IMG/VR virus record: IMGVR_UViG_3300050144_000076
Location: 1 to 41,890 of that record
Length of the DNA: 41,890 nucleotides
Strand: one strand, 5' to 3'
From: a virus
Lineage: Duplodnaviria > Caudoviricetes
Shown here: positions 1 to 8,788 of the stretch, one piece after another
Numbering within the stretch: the first letter of the stretch is position 1
How the letters are laid out: every line of letters begins with the position of its first letter
Position numbers and translations under genes: made by a program
Notes under the pieces: model-generated
What the model was told of the DNA's origin: nothing
Databases searched by the model: none
What the model saw: only the letters and a program-made list of their open reading frames with translations

Positions 1-358
<358 letters not shown>

Positions 359-362
<4 letters not shown>

Positions 363-673
363 GGTTGCGCCTGCCGACTGGTGAGGCCCTGCATCGCCTT
401 GACGAAGCCGGGCGACGGCGGGGACGGGACCAGCACGCCGCCCGTGCCCGCTTTCGGCACACCACGGATCAGCAGTTCCAGGTCGGGCACGCAGGCTGGC
501 GTGATCTCGCGGGCCGCCTCGATGATCGCCAGCGCCATGTCGGCACCCGGCTTCTTCATGCCGTACTTGAACGCCTTGAAGTACCCGCGGGTAGTCACAC
601 GGTCTGCAACCTTCATGGCGTTCTCCGTGCCGACTTCATCCCACCATTGCCGGAAATTCACTCGTTTGTTCAT
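359..673 (-). CDS. Cro/YdaS-like transcriptional regulator
   Basis: 104 aa, divergent from the repressor, HTH-like segment ending KKPGADMALAI, first gene of the replication operon. Confidence 0.65.
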
Positions 674-837
674 TGCGCACTCAAAAGTATTAAAGCGTCC
701 TTCAGGATAGCCGATAACGTCGTGATTTTCAAATCAGCAACACATTGACCGGCCTTTTCACTCGCTTGGTACTGTTTTGTTTTTCCAATTGATTCGGAAC
801 ATTCAATTGGGGCTTGATGCCTCTGCTGTTTTGTGTT

Positions 838-874
838 GCGTTCTCTGCGGTTGCGCTGATACCCTATAGGCAAC
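838..874. promoter_or_regulatory. Paired operator-like motif in the AT-rich cI/cro intergenic region
   Basis: gcgttc-N5-GGTTGC-N3-GATACC-N5-GGCAAC; aligns with copies at 4189, 8752 and 38877. Confidence 0.6.
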
Positions 875-902
875 TGTTCTGATTATTTGAAGAGGGGTTC
901 TC

Positions 903-1310
903 ATGGACGTAAACGAAATCAGAAAAGCCAACTACGACGCTCTTTACCGGACCTTCCTTGAGAAGGAGGCGGGCGAGGGGTTGCCGCCGCGTGGCTCTCT
1001 GAATCGGTTCGGCGAGTACACCGGCCTGAACCCTCGGTACCTGTCGCACATCAAGGGCGGGCGCAAGCAGATCGGCGCGGAGATTGCGCGCCAGCTTGAA
1101 CAGGCGTTTGGCAAGCCTCACGGCTGGCTGGACCGGGATCACGTCGGCGGGGTGGACTCGAACACCCGAGCCGAGCGCGAGTTCCTGGCACTGGCGCTGC
1201 GGCTGTTCCGCGTGTCGCCGCTCGAAGCACAGTCGGTGCTGGTCAACTTCGCCGCCGAGCGCCTGGGCGGTGCGGCGCAGGCTGGCGGCGCTGGGCGTGA
1301 CGCTGCGTGA
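903..1310 (+). CDS. CI-like XRE/HTH repressor lacking an S24 peptidase domain
   Basis: YLSHIKGGRKQIGAEIARQLEQAFGKPHGWLD is typical of phage repressor HTH domains; only 135 aa; GAGG RBS. Confidence 0.8.
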   Translation: MDVNEIRKANYDALYRTFLEKEAGEGLPPRGSLNRFGEYTGLNPRYLSHIKGGRKQIGAEIARQLEQAFGKPHGWLDRDHVGGVDSNTRAEREFLALALRLFRVSPLEAQSVLVNFAAERLGGAAQAGGAGRDAA

Positions 1311-1315
1311 CAGGC

Positions 1316-1774
1316 TCAGTGCGTGGCGGTGCAGTCGCGGCACAGTTCCAGGCCCTCATCGGTCGGGTTGACGCGCTGGCCGATCACGCCGCAGTGGTCG
1401 CACTGCTCGGTGGGCGTGGCGTCGTGCTGAGGTCCGGCCAGCGCCAGCACCACGGCCGCGTCGTGCAGCGCGTCATGGGCGGCCTGCGTGCCCACATTGC
1501 GCAGGACTTCGACGGCGGCTTCCAGCGTGGCGCGCATCCGGGGCGCCACGGCGGCCAGCCGCGCCCAGTAGATCGCCTCTGGGTCGCAGGATGGGCCAGT
1601 CAGGGCCAGCACGTCACCGGTGTTGGCGCACAGCACGGCGGCATGGCTGGCGCCGCTGGGAACGGCAATGCTTCCGTGGTCGAAGCGCTTGGCGGTCTCG
1701 CCCTTGCTTTCGATGACCAGATGGTAGGTGCCTGCGGAAACGGTGGCGGTGCCAATGTGGGGCTTGCGGGTCAT
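1316..1774 (-). CDS. Hypothetical protein with C-terminal CxxC...CxxC
   Basis: Likely start MTRKPHIG at 1774; ends CDHC...CRDC; last gene of the AAA operon. Confidence 0.6.
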   Translation of the reverse strand: MTRKPHIGTATVSAGTYHLVIESKGETAKRFDHGSIAVPSGASHAAVLCANTGDVLALTGPSCDPEAIYWARLAAVAPRMRATLEAAVEVLRNVGTQAAHDALHDAAVVLALAGPQHDATPTEQCDHCGVIGQRVNPTDEGLELCRDCTATH

Positions 1775-1917
1775 GGTGTTCTTTCGGGTTGCTGGGTTAT
1801 CTGAAAGGAAGCAATTTAGGGCGCACGAAGTCCCTTTTTGCTGGGGTGGTGGCTGACCCACCCCTGAAAGCCTGCTGCAGACGCTCAGGGGTGGCCCCGC
1901 GGGGCCACTGTTGCCTG

Positions 1918-2778
1918 TCAGGCGCTGAACTGTGCGATCTTCTTGTTCACCCACTGCGTGGGGCGCTTGATCATCATTTCGATTTCTTGGTCAACCACGC
2001 ACATCGGTGGCAGATAGAGCGTTTCGCCATCGAGCGAGAAGATTTCGGCGGAGCGTTCGATGTACTTCTTGCTCTGCACTTCACCGTATGGGACACCTCG
2101 AAAGCTGGGCCATGCGCCATCGAAGCCGATGGTGTCGCCCACCCCGTAGAACAGCCGGCGTGCGCAGCCGGCGTCTGTCAGTGCCCATGCAGCCCGTGCC
2201 AGGTCGAGTGGCTGCGTGTCGATCACGGCGGACACTGCGCACCATTCATCCCCTGCTTTTTGTCCGCTGGCCTCTGTGTTGCTGCCCATGAGGCAGCCGA
2301 CGCGCAGGCTCACGGGGCGGATTGCGGTCAGCGCCATCACCAGCGCCAGCACGGCACAGCCACGGCGCATGATCTGGTCCGGCGTGAGGCCGGCCGATGT
2401 CGCCAGATCCACGAAGATGTTCAGCGGCGTGGTGTTGCTCTGCTGGTCTTCGGTCTGGCGCATGCACTCGGGATCGCCACTCAGGGCTTCGGGCACGCAG
2501 GGGAAGAATCCGGCCACGTCATCCACCCATGTCGAGGCAGGGATGTTGATCTCGGTTTGGATCTTGCTCAGGATGCGCTGAGCCGATTCGACAATCGACA
2601 GGTCGCCGAACGCGCTGCACGCGAGCTGCTGTTGCATCGTCTTCGGGCCATAGAATTTCGGGCTGCTGTCTGAACGCTCTGTCCTTATGCGGTAGGTGCT
2701 GTTCAGGTGCCGAACGCAGCGGCCCAGCTCGCCCAGTCCGTCGAACTCGATGGTGTTCAGTTCCTTGATGTGGCGCAT
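1918..2778 (-). CDS. vWA-like/CobT-like partner of the MoxR-type ATPase
   Basis: GGAG RBS before MRHIKEL; hydrophobic strand plus IFVDLATSAG (MIDAS-like); directly downstream of the AAA gene. Confidence 0.6.
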   Translation of the reverse strand: MRHIKELNTIEFDGLGELGRCVRHLNSTYRIRTERSDSSPKFYGPKTMQQQLACSAFGDLSIVESAQRILSKIQTEINIPASTWVDDVAGFFPCVPEALSGDPECMRQTEDQQSNTTPLNIFVDLATSAGLTPDQIMRRGCAVLALVMALTAIRPVSLRVGCLMGSNTEASGQKAGDEWCAVSAVIDTQPLDLARAAWALTDAGCARRLFYGVGDTIGFDGAWPSFRGVPYGEVQSKKYIERSAEIFSLDGETLYLPPMCVVDQEIEMMIKRPTQWVNKKIAQFSA

Positions 2779-2791
2779 GTCGTTCTCCCGC

Positions 2792-4141
2792 TCAGGCCAG
2801 TGCAGCCCACTGGTCGTCATTCATGCCCTTGCGCAGCACGGCGGACTTCACTTCGTCGATGCTCATGCCAGCGGCCAGCAGTGACGCGCCGTAGAGGGTC
2901 GCCCGCGGCGTGACCATCACGCCACGCACACCAGCGCGGGCCACCTTGCGGCGGAAGCCCTGCACGATGTCCACCCATGAGCAAAAGTGCGCAGGCACCA
3001 GCGCCCGCTCAAGCGCCTCGTCGATGGGCCATTCCAGGAACATGAACCGGTCGAGCGTCGCGGCGTCGAGCTTCAGGCGGCCATTGAACTCGGCGGTGGC
3101 GCCCAGCCCGGTCGTGTTCGCTGCGGCGATCACCACGCAGTCGGCGTGCCGCTCCACCATGCCGTCCGGGAAGGCCATGATCCCGTTCGCCAGCGCGGCA
3201 TTGAACGCCACGACGGCCTTGGGGTCGCTGCCGTCGATCTCGTCGAACAGGTAAACCCCGCCGTGCTCCCATGCCTTGCGGAACTCGGGGTTGTGGCACA
3301 CGCCGTGCGCGTCGATGAAGCCGATCAGCTCGTACTTGCTGGCGAGCGAGCCGTTGCAGTGGAACGGCAGGCCGACGGCCTTGGCGACGTTGCGCGCCGC
3401 CGTGGTCTTGCCCGTGCCCGGAGGGCCGAACATCCACACGTTCAGGCGGTGGCCGTCGTAGCCGCGGGCTGCGCACATCTTCAGCAGCCGCTCGAAGTGC
3501 TTGTGCTGCACGCCGCTGACGTTGTGCGTCATGTCGCCGATGGTGATCTTGATCTCTTTCGGCGGGATGCCCTTGACAGCTTCGGCGATCACCTCGCGGC
3601 ACACATCGCCCAGCCGGCCCGCCTGCTCGTCCAGCATCGGCCCCACGATCTCGCGCACATCGTCAGGATTGAGCGACCGCGAGCCAGTCGCCAGCAGTTG
3701 CGCCAGCAGCGCGGCCACGGTGCCCACGTCGGGGGCCGCAGGTGCTGGCGCTGGCGCTGCAGCAGCGAGCACAGAGCCTGCAGGGGCAACACCTGCGGCA
3801 CGTGCGGCGGGCGTTGCGGCGATCAGCGCGGCCAGCGAGTTCTTGGCAGGCGCTTCAGGAGCGGGGGCTGGTGCTGGCGTCTCCTCTTCGGCCGCCATCT
3901 CCTTCAGCTCATCCTCGGGGACGTCGGCGGTCAGGTTGTCGATGTCCTCTTCGTCGAAGAAGTCGGGCATCTCGCGGCACGCGGCCAGCAGGCGCTCCAC
4001 GGGGAACGACGACAGCATGCTGATGATCTCGCTCTTCTTGACGCGCATCCAGTCGCGGCGCAGGCCCACATGCTTCGCCAGCTCGGCAGCAGCTTCCTTG
4101 TTCAGGAGCGTGAAATTGAATCGGGTGATGGTGGCTTCCAT
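2792..4141 (-). CDS. MoxR/CbbQ/CobS-like AAA+ ATPase with long low-complexity N-terminus
   Basis: Walker A GPPGTGKT, Walker B YLFDEID, sensor-1 AAANT, LDAATLDRF arginine-finger motif. Confidence 0.88.
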   Translation of the reverse strand: MEATITRFNFTLLNKEAAAELAKHVGLRRDWMRVKKSEIISMLSSFPVERLLAACREMPDFFDEEDIDNLTADVPEDELKEMAAEEETPAPAPAPEAPAKNSLAALIAATPAARAAGVAPAGSVLAAAAPAPAPAAPDVGTVAALLAQLLATGSRSLNPDDVREIVGPMLDEQAGRLGDVCREVIAEAVKGIPPKEIKITIGDMTHNVSGVQHKHFERLLKMCAARGYDGHRLNVWMFGPPGTGKTTAARNVAKAVGLPFHCNGSLASKYELIGFIDAHGVCHNPEFRKAWEHGGVYLFDEIDGSDPKAVVAFNAALANGIMAFPDGMVERHADCVVIAAANTTGLGATAEFNGRLKLDAATLDRFMFLEWPIDEALERALVPAHFCSWVDIVQGFRRKVARAGVRGVMVTPRATLYGASLLAAGMSIDEVKSAVLRKGMNDDQWAALA

Positions 4142-4188
4142 GATCTTCCTGGCTGGTCGGGAGGGGTGTTTTCAAATCAGGACTGAAT

Positions 4189-4225
4189 GATACCTCATGG
4201 GATGCAAAGATACCAAGCAGGTATC
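4189..4225. promoter_or_regulatory. Paired operator-like motif upstream of the AAA operon
   Basis: GATACC-N5-GGATGC-N3-GATACC-aagca-GGTATC; second unit has perfectly palindromic arms; overlaps a leftward TATCAT -10-like hexamer. Confidence 0.65.
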
Positions 4226-4411
4226 ACATTATTGCCACACTGTAGGAATGGTCTTTTGTGGGGCGTGCGTGACCTTGTTGTGAGCTGGGCGACTGTTCGG
4301 GTAACTGTTGGCGCGACTGTTCGGGCAGAATTCAAAGGCAGCGGCGCGCCTGGGTGCCTCTGCTGTGACCCTGTGGGGCGCACTTGTCCAGGCTGACGAA
4401 AGGAGCACGAC

Positions 4412-4555
4412 ATGGCGAAGGCCACCACTACCCCCAAGAGCCGCATGAATATGGGTTCCCTGAAGAGCACCATCCGGTCGGCGGTCAAGAACGGCGGCAA
4501 TGCTGCCAAGGGCAAGACCAAGGGCAAGAAGTCGGCGGGTCGCTCTGGCGGCTGA
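4412..4555 (+). CDS. 47-aa Lys/Arg-rich peptide ending in SGG (absent from the ORF track)
   Basis: AAGGAG RBS, ATG at 4412, MAKATTTPKSRMNMGSLKSTIRSAVKNGGNAAKGKTKGKKSAGRSGG*, phage-like GC3 codon usage. Confidence 0.8.
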   Translation: MAKATTTPKSRMNMGSLKSTIRSAVKNGGNAAKGKTKGKKSAGRSGG

Positions 4556-4615
4556 TCGGCGGGTGCTGGCGCTGCTGCTGCGTGGTGGCGCCCACCCTGA
4601 CCACTGGAGCGCGCC

Positions 4616-5317
4616 TTGAGCAATCGCATCATCAAGACCCGCCAGGATCTCGCCGAACTGGCGAAGACCCACGACGGGATCATCGTTTCGTACTCGACCG
4701 GCAAGGACAGTCAGATCCTGGTGGACCTGTGCGCGAAGACCTTCCGGCGCGTGGTCGCGCTGCACCTCTACTTCGTGCCGGGCCTCGACTACATCGAACG
4801 CGGCTTGGAGATGGCCCGGCACCGCTGGGGGGTCGAGGTCGTGCAGCTCCCGCACTGGAACTACATCGAGGCCATCAAGACGAACCAGTATTGCAACTAC
4901 CGGGCCGCCGACAAGGACGGCCTGACCGATGTCCGGCTGCTCGACCTCTACAAGCTGGCGATGCAGCGCACCGGACTGCGGCTGGTCGCCACGGGGGCGC
5001 GGAAGTCGGACGGCCTGTGGCGCCGCCGCTGGATGGCGAACATCCGCAAGACCGGCGCCTACGATGGCGTGCTGTTCCCGCTGCAGGACTGGCTGAAGAT
5101 CGACATCACCACCTACATGAAGACCCACCACATCGAGATGCCGCCGCTGTCGAAGATCGGCGCGCAGGACGCCACCGGCATCGGCCTGAACAACGAGGTG
5201 CTGCTGTGGCTGCACGACACCCAGCCCGAGGACTTCGCCCGGATGCGCAGGGTGTTCCCGCTGATCGACGCGGTGATTGCACGGAGGGCGCTTCATGGCA
5301 TCGGCGGCCGGTACTGA
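4616..5317 (+). CDS. PP-loop (PAPS-reductase-like, adenine nucleotide alpha-hydrolase) protein
   Basis: SYSTGKDS PP-loop, TGARKSD and FPLQDW motifs; TTG start with GGAG RBS. Confidence 0.85.
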   Translation: MSNRIIKTRQDLAELAKTHDGIIVSYSTGKDSQILVDLCAKTFRRVVALHLYFVPGLDYIERGLEMARHRWGVEVVQLPHWNYIEAIKTNQYCNYRAADKDGLTDVRLLDLYKLAMQRTGLRLVATGARKSDGLWRRRWMANIRKTGAYDGVLFPLQDWLKIDITTYMKTHHIEMPPLSKIGAQDATGIGLNNEVLLWLHDTQPEDFARMRRVFPLIDAVIARRALHGIGGRY

Positions 5318-6032
5318 AGGCAAGGGGCGCGGCCGGCGTGCGCCGCTGGCGGATGGTTCGCTGGAACGCTTCGAGGTCGAGCGCGTCCACCGATCGGTGA
5401 TCCAGGGCGCGCCCTACAACCCGCGCACCATCAACGACGTGGCCCGGCGCAAGCTCCGCAAGAACTTGGAGCGCGTCGGGCTGCTGCAGCCGCTGGTGTG
5501 GAACCGGCGCACCGGCAACATGGTGTCCGGCCACCAGCGCCTCGCCCAGATGGACGACCTCATGGGCACGTCCGACTATCACCTGCGCGTCGCCGTGGTC
5601 GAGCTGGACGAGCAGACCGAGAAGGAACAGAACGTCTTCTTCAACAACCATCAGGCAATGGGGGATTGGGACTTCGAGAAACTGGGCGACCTGTTCAAGG
5701 CCGGCTTGGAAGTCGTCAACACCGGCTTCGACGTGGGGGACGTGAAGGATCTGTTCGGCGGTGACGTGCTGGATGCGGCCGACTTGGCGGACCTGTCGAA
5801 CGCTGTGGACAAGGCCAACGAGGTGGCCGCCACGTCGAAGGCGTCGGAAGACACCGGGCAGGACATCGACTTCTACACCGTGCTGGTGTTCCGCGACAAC
5901 GCCGCGGCGTCACGCATGAACCAGTGGCTCGGGCTGGGTGATGAACGCTACATCGACGCTCGGCAGTTCGTGAGCGTCCTGGTGGAGCGGTTCCAGGCCG
6001 GCGAAGAGGTGCCGGCCTGGGTGCTGGGGTGA
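5295..6032 (+). CDS. ParB/Sulfiredoxin N-terminal domain protein
   Basis: PYNPR...GLLQPLVWNRRTGNMVSGHQR motifs; GGAGG RBS; overlaps the PP-loop gene. Confidence 0.88.
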   Translation: MASAAGTEGKGRGRRAPLADGSLERFEVERVHRSVIQGAPYNPRTINDVARRKLRKNLERVGLLQPLVWNRRTGNMVSGHQRLAQMDDLMGTSDYHLRVAVVELDEQTEKEQNVFFNNHQAMGDWDFEKLGDLFKAGLEVVNTGFDVGDVKDLFGGDVLDAADLADLSNAVDKANEVAATSKASEDTGQDIDFYTVLVFRDNAAASRMNQWLGLGDERYIDARQFVSVLVERFQAGEEVPAWVLG

Positions 6033-6038
6033 GGCGGT

Positions 6039-6287
6039 CTACGCCTGCTGGCGCTGTTCGACGGCCTTGAACTTCATGCGCCACCACTTCCCGTTCGGGC
6101 CGTGCTCCAGGCCGCACGGCTCCACCTTGCGTTCGGCCTGCAGTTGGGCCACGAACTGCGTGGCGCTGTCGTAGCTGCAGCCCATGATGTCGGCGATCTG
6201 GTGCCGCGTCATCGGGATCGCCAGCAGCGCCAGCACGCGCAGGCGCTCCACGGGGGTGCGGGGCTTTCTGTCGCGCTGGTGGATCAT
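6039..6287 (-). CDS. Small winged-HTH protein
   Basis: PMTRHQIADIMGCSYDSATQFVAQL HTH pattern; ATGA coupling to the upstream gene. Confidence 0.6.
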   Translation of the reverse strand: MIHQRDRKPRTPVERLRVLALLAIPMTRHQIADIMGCSYDSATQFVAQLQAERKVEPCGLEHGPNGKWWRMKFKAVEQRQQA

Positions 6288-6436
6288 GCGAAACCTCCCA
6301 GCGCTTCGCGCACTGCTTCGACGGACAGGCACAGCTCGGTGGCCGTGTCGGCGATGGCCTGGGCGATGTTGCGGCCGTTGCGGCTGTAGTGGCGCAGCAC
6401 GGTTTCCCGCACCGTCAGGCGGCTGACGATCACCAT
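6284..6436 (-). CDS. Small hypothetical protein (50 aa)
   Basis: MVIVSRLTVRETVLRHY..., overlaps both neighbours in the operon. Confidence 0.5.
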   Translation of the reverse strand: MVIVSRLTVRETVLRHYSRNGRNIAQAIADTATELCLSVEAVREALGGFA

Positions 6437-6948
6437 GCTTCGCTCCCGTCGTCCGTCTTGATCAGACCCTTGGCGCGGGCGGTGATGTCCGCCTCGCACC
6501 AGCCGATGGATTCCAGCCACGTCGAGATCACCGGGTAATCGACATGGTGGCCTGCGTCCATGCACAGGCGCTGCAGGCTGGCCGCGCCCTGGTGGCGCAG
6601 CGTCCGGGTGAGCCAGTCAGGCAGCGCGGGCGCATAAGGCTGGCTGTCGCCCTCACGCTCGATCCGCGCCAGCTTGTTGCTCATCTCCAGCACGGCGCAG
6701 GTCAGCGACATCGGCGACCGCTCATCGGCCGGGATGCGCAGCGCCAGGCCGATGCTGTGCAGCCCGTTCAGCAGCTCGTCATGGTCGGTCAGCAGCGTGC
6801 CCACCGTCACCGGATCGCACGCCGAGATGAACTCGCGGTCTGTCGGGGCGATGCTGGCGCTGTCGGCCGGGGTGTACCAGCCGTCAGCGGCAAGGACACG
6901 GCTGTGCCGCAGTGCGTGGCGGATGGCGTGGAAACGGTCGGCGCTCAT
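6430..6948 (-). CDS. Hypothetical protein
   Basis: Start MSADRFHAIR with ATGA overlap to the upstream stop and AAGGA RBS. Confidence 0.6.
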   Translation of the reverse strand: MSADRFHAIRHALRHSRVLAADGWYTPADSASIAPTDREFISACDPVTVGTLLTDHDELLNGLHSIGLALRIPADERSPMSLTCAVLEMSNKLARIEREGDSQPYAPALPDWLTRTLRHQGAASLQRLCMDAGHHVDYPVISTWLESIGWCEADITARAKGLIKTDDGSEAW

Positions 6949-8054
6949 GCTGCTTCCTTCTTGTTGATCAGGAAGTCGTCCTGCGACTGGCCGGCTTCGA
7001 TCGCTTGCACCAGCCAGCGCGGTTTCAGGCCACGGCCAGTCCATGTCGATCCGTCCGCGTTGCGGTACTTGGCGACGATCTTTCCGCCGCTCGCTCGGCG
7101 TTCTGCGGCCGCTTCGGCCTGTCGCTTCAGTTCGCTGTTTTCGCTGGTTCTCTTGGCGCCGAAGGTTTCCTGTGCCGCTCTTGTGCCGCGGATCATCGCG
7201 TCGTGCGATTCCGTCGAGTCGCTGTCGCTCATGCCGTCCCGCTCCGCGGTGTTCGCATCCAGCCACGGCGCTGACCATCGGTCGTGTCCTGCCGCACCCA
7301 GACGGTAGCCGACCGCATAGGCGTGGCCCACGCGCTCGGCCGGCAGCATCGAGGCCGGCGCCGTGTTCGCCATCGCCGCAGACAGCCCGGTGCTGTCAGG
7401 GTGCGCCGTGGCGGCGGTCGGGTAGTAGTGCTGCCAGAAGTACCGGCACAGGTCGTGCCCGCGGCCGTTGAATTCGTTCAGCTCGCTCTGCTGCAGCAGC
7501 TCGATCAGCTCTTGCGGCGTTTCGACTGGCATGGCCGGCCGCTCGCAGCCGAGGAGCATCGCCAGTTCGCGCACCTGGTGCTTCAGGTCATCAGGCTGCA
7601 CGGGCACATCGGCCGCGGCGCTCGCCGAAGAGTCCGGCTCGACACCAGCCGGGGCGCACGCATCCGGTGCCGCCGGCTCGACATGCCCCCCCGACGCGAG
7701 ATCATCCCGCACGGCGGCAATCGGCGCGTTCTGAGGCGGCACGTCCCTGGTGATCGTGGCGACCACATCAGCCAGCACAGGCAGCGCCTGCACGATCGCC
7801 TGTACGGCAGTCGATGGCTCTGGGGTGGCGGTCGCGAACAGGCTGCCGGACTCGAAATCAGGTTCGGGCACCGGATCCTCGGACGCCAGCACGGGCAGCG
7901 TGCGCAGGGCCAGAACGTCGCTGGCGCTGGCGACGCGGGCGCTGATCTCCAGGCTCTTGGCGTACAGCGCGGCGGCTGCTGCGCGGCTGATCGTGTCGGC
8001 AATGGCTACGGGCTTGCCGGCCAGCTCGATGATGTAGGGACGGGTGTTCTGCAT
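6945..8054 (-). CDS. Large protein with C-terminal H-NS-family DNA-binding domain
   Basis: C-terminus AKYRNADGSTWTGRGLKPRWL...QDDFLI is the H-NS signature; GAGG RBS. Confidence 0.85.
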   Translation of the reverse strand: MQNTRPYIIELAGKPVAIADTISRAAAAALYAKSLEISARVASASDVLALRTLPVLASEDPVPEPDFESGSLFATATPEPSTAVQAIVQALPVLADVVATITRDVPPQNAPIAAVRDDLASGGHVEPAAPDACAPAGVEPDSSASAAADVPVQPDDLKHQVRELAMLLGCERPAMPVETPQELIELLQQSELNEFNGRGHDLCRYFWQHYYPTAATAHPDSTGLSAAMANTAPASMLPAERVGHAYAVGYRLGAAGHDRWSAPWLDANTAERDGMSDSDSTESHDAMIRGTRAAQETFGAKRTSENSELKRQAEAAAERRASGGKIVAKYRNADGSTWTGRGLKPRWLVQAIEAGQSQDDFLINKKEAA

Positions 8055-8064
8055 GGCCTGCCCC

Positions 8065-8337
8065 TCAGTGCTGCGCAGGCACGATGCCCAGCACGCGGCG
8101 GATCTCGCTCACGGGCCACTGCAGCGCCAGCACGCCAGGGATACGCACCGGGCGAATCGGGCCGTTCTCGAAACAGGACCAGCCGCGCAGGGTCTGCGGC
8201 GACAGGTTCATGTGGTGCGCGGCTTCCTCGGTCGTGATGTGCGTCCGGGTTTCCTGCGCCAGCGGGGTGAAGGTGCGCGGCGTGGTGCGGGGGCGACGGC
8301 CCATGGTCTTCTTCGGGGGTTTTGCGTCGGTGTTCAC
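8065..8337 (-). CDS. Excisionase/AlpA-like HTH DNA-binding protein
   Basis: ITTEEAAHHMNLSPQTLRGW...GPIRPVRI...WPVSEIRRVL, MerR/Xis-type HTH; GTGA overlap with the upstream stop. Confidence 0.75.
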   Translation of the reverse strand: MNTDAKPPKKTMGRRPRTTPRTFTPLAQETRTHITTEEAAHHMNLSPQTLRGWSCFENGPIRPVRIPGVLALQWPVSEIRRVLGIVPAQH

Positions 8338-8750
8338 AGAAATGATCCTTGGTCGGTAGTGGATTGGTCGGTTTGGGTTTCCGGTAGAAGCTGGCCGGTG
8401 CGCTTCAGGAACCAGTTTCTGAACAGGGTTCGGTGGCAGAACTGCGCCTCTTCCAGGTCGCAGTAGCACAGCAGCACCACGCGGCGGCCCTGCGCCTGCT
8501 GCGTGAGCTGATCCATGCGCTTGGTGATCGCCTCCACGCCCACGCGGTCAAGGTGCGCCTCATAGGCGGGCCTGAACTGGTGCAGTTCGGCGGCGAAGAT
8601 CTCGCTGGGTGGCTGCATCTCGTGGAAGGTGGCTTCCAGCGTGTAGGGCAAGGGAAAGCGCGGCGCACCCCTGGTGGTGCGGACGGCGAAACACTCGCTG
8701 TCGTTGATGCGCTTGTCCTGGTACCTGCCAGTGACAATCTGGTGAGTCAT
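8334..8750 (-). CDS. DUF488-like protein
   Basis: VVLLCYC....FCHR motif characteristic of DUF488; AGGA RBS. Confidence 0.75.
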   Translation of the reverse strand: MTHQIVTGRYQDKRINDSECFAVRTTRGAPRFPLPYTLEATFHEMQPPSEIFAAELHQFRPAYEAHLDRVGVEAITKRMDQLTQQAQGRRVVLLCYCDLEEAQFCHRTLFRNWFLKRTGQLLPETQTDQSTTDQGSFL

Positions 8751-8751
8751 G

Positions 8752-8788
8752 GTGTCCTATAGGGTTGCAATGATGCCTATATGGTATC
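8752..8788. promoter_or_regulatory. Paired operator-like motif upstream of the DUF488 operon
   Basis: GTGTCC-N5-GGTTGC-N3-GATGCC-tatat-GGTATC. Confidence 0.65.

Noticed and set aside
770-789. Second SOS box in the cI/cro region (TACTGTTTTGTTTTTCCAAT)
   Set aside because: Only the left half-site matches; there is no ACAG at the required spacing
2792-4141. cobS cobalamin-biosynthesis gene
   Set aside because: Generic MoxR-type AAA motifs only; no cobN or other cob genes
4616-5317. cysH auxiliary metabolic gene for sulfate assimilation
   Set aside because: Only the PP-loop fold is shared; the catalytic C-terminal ECGLH and Fe-S cysteine motifs are absent, and the context is ParB/terminase
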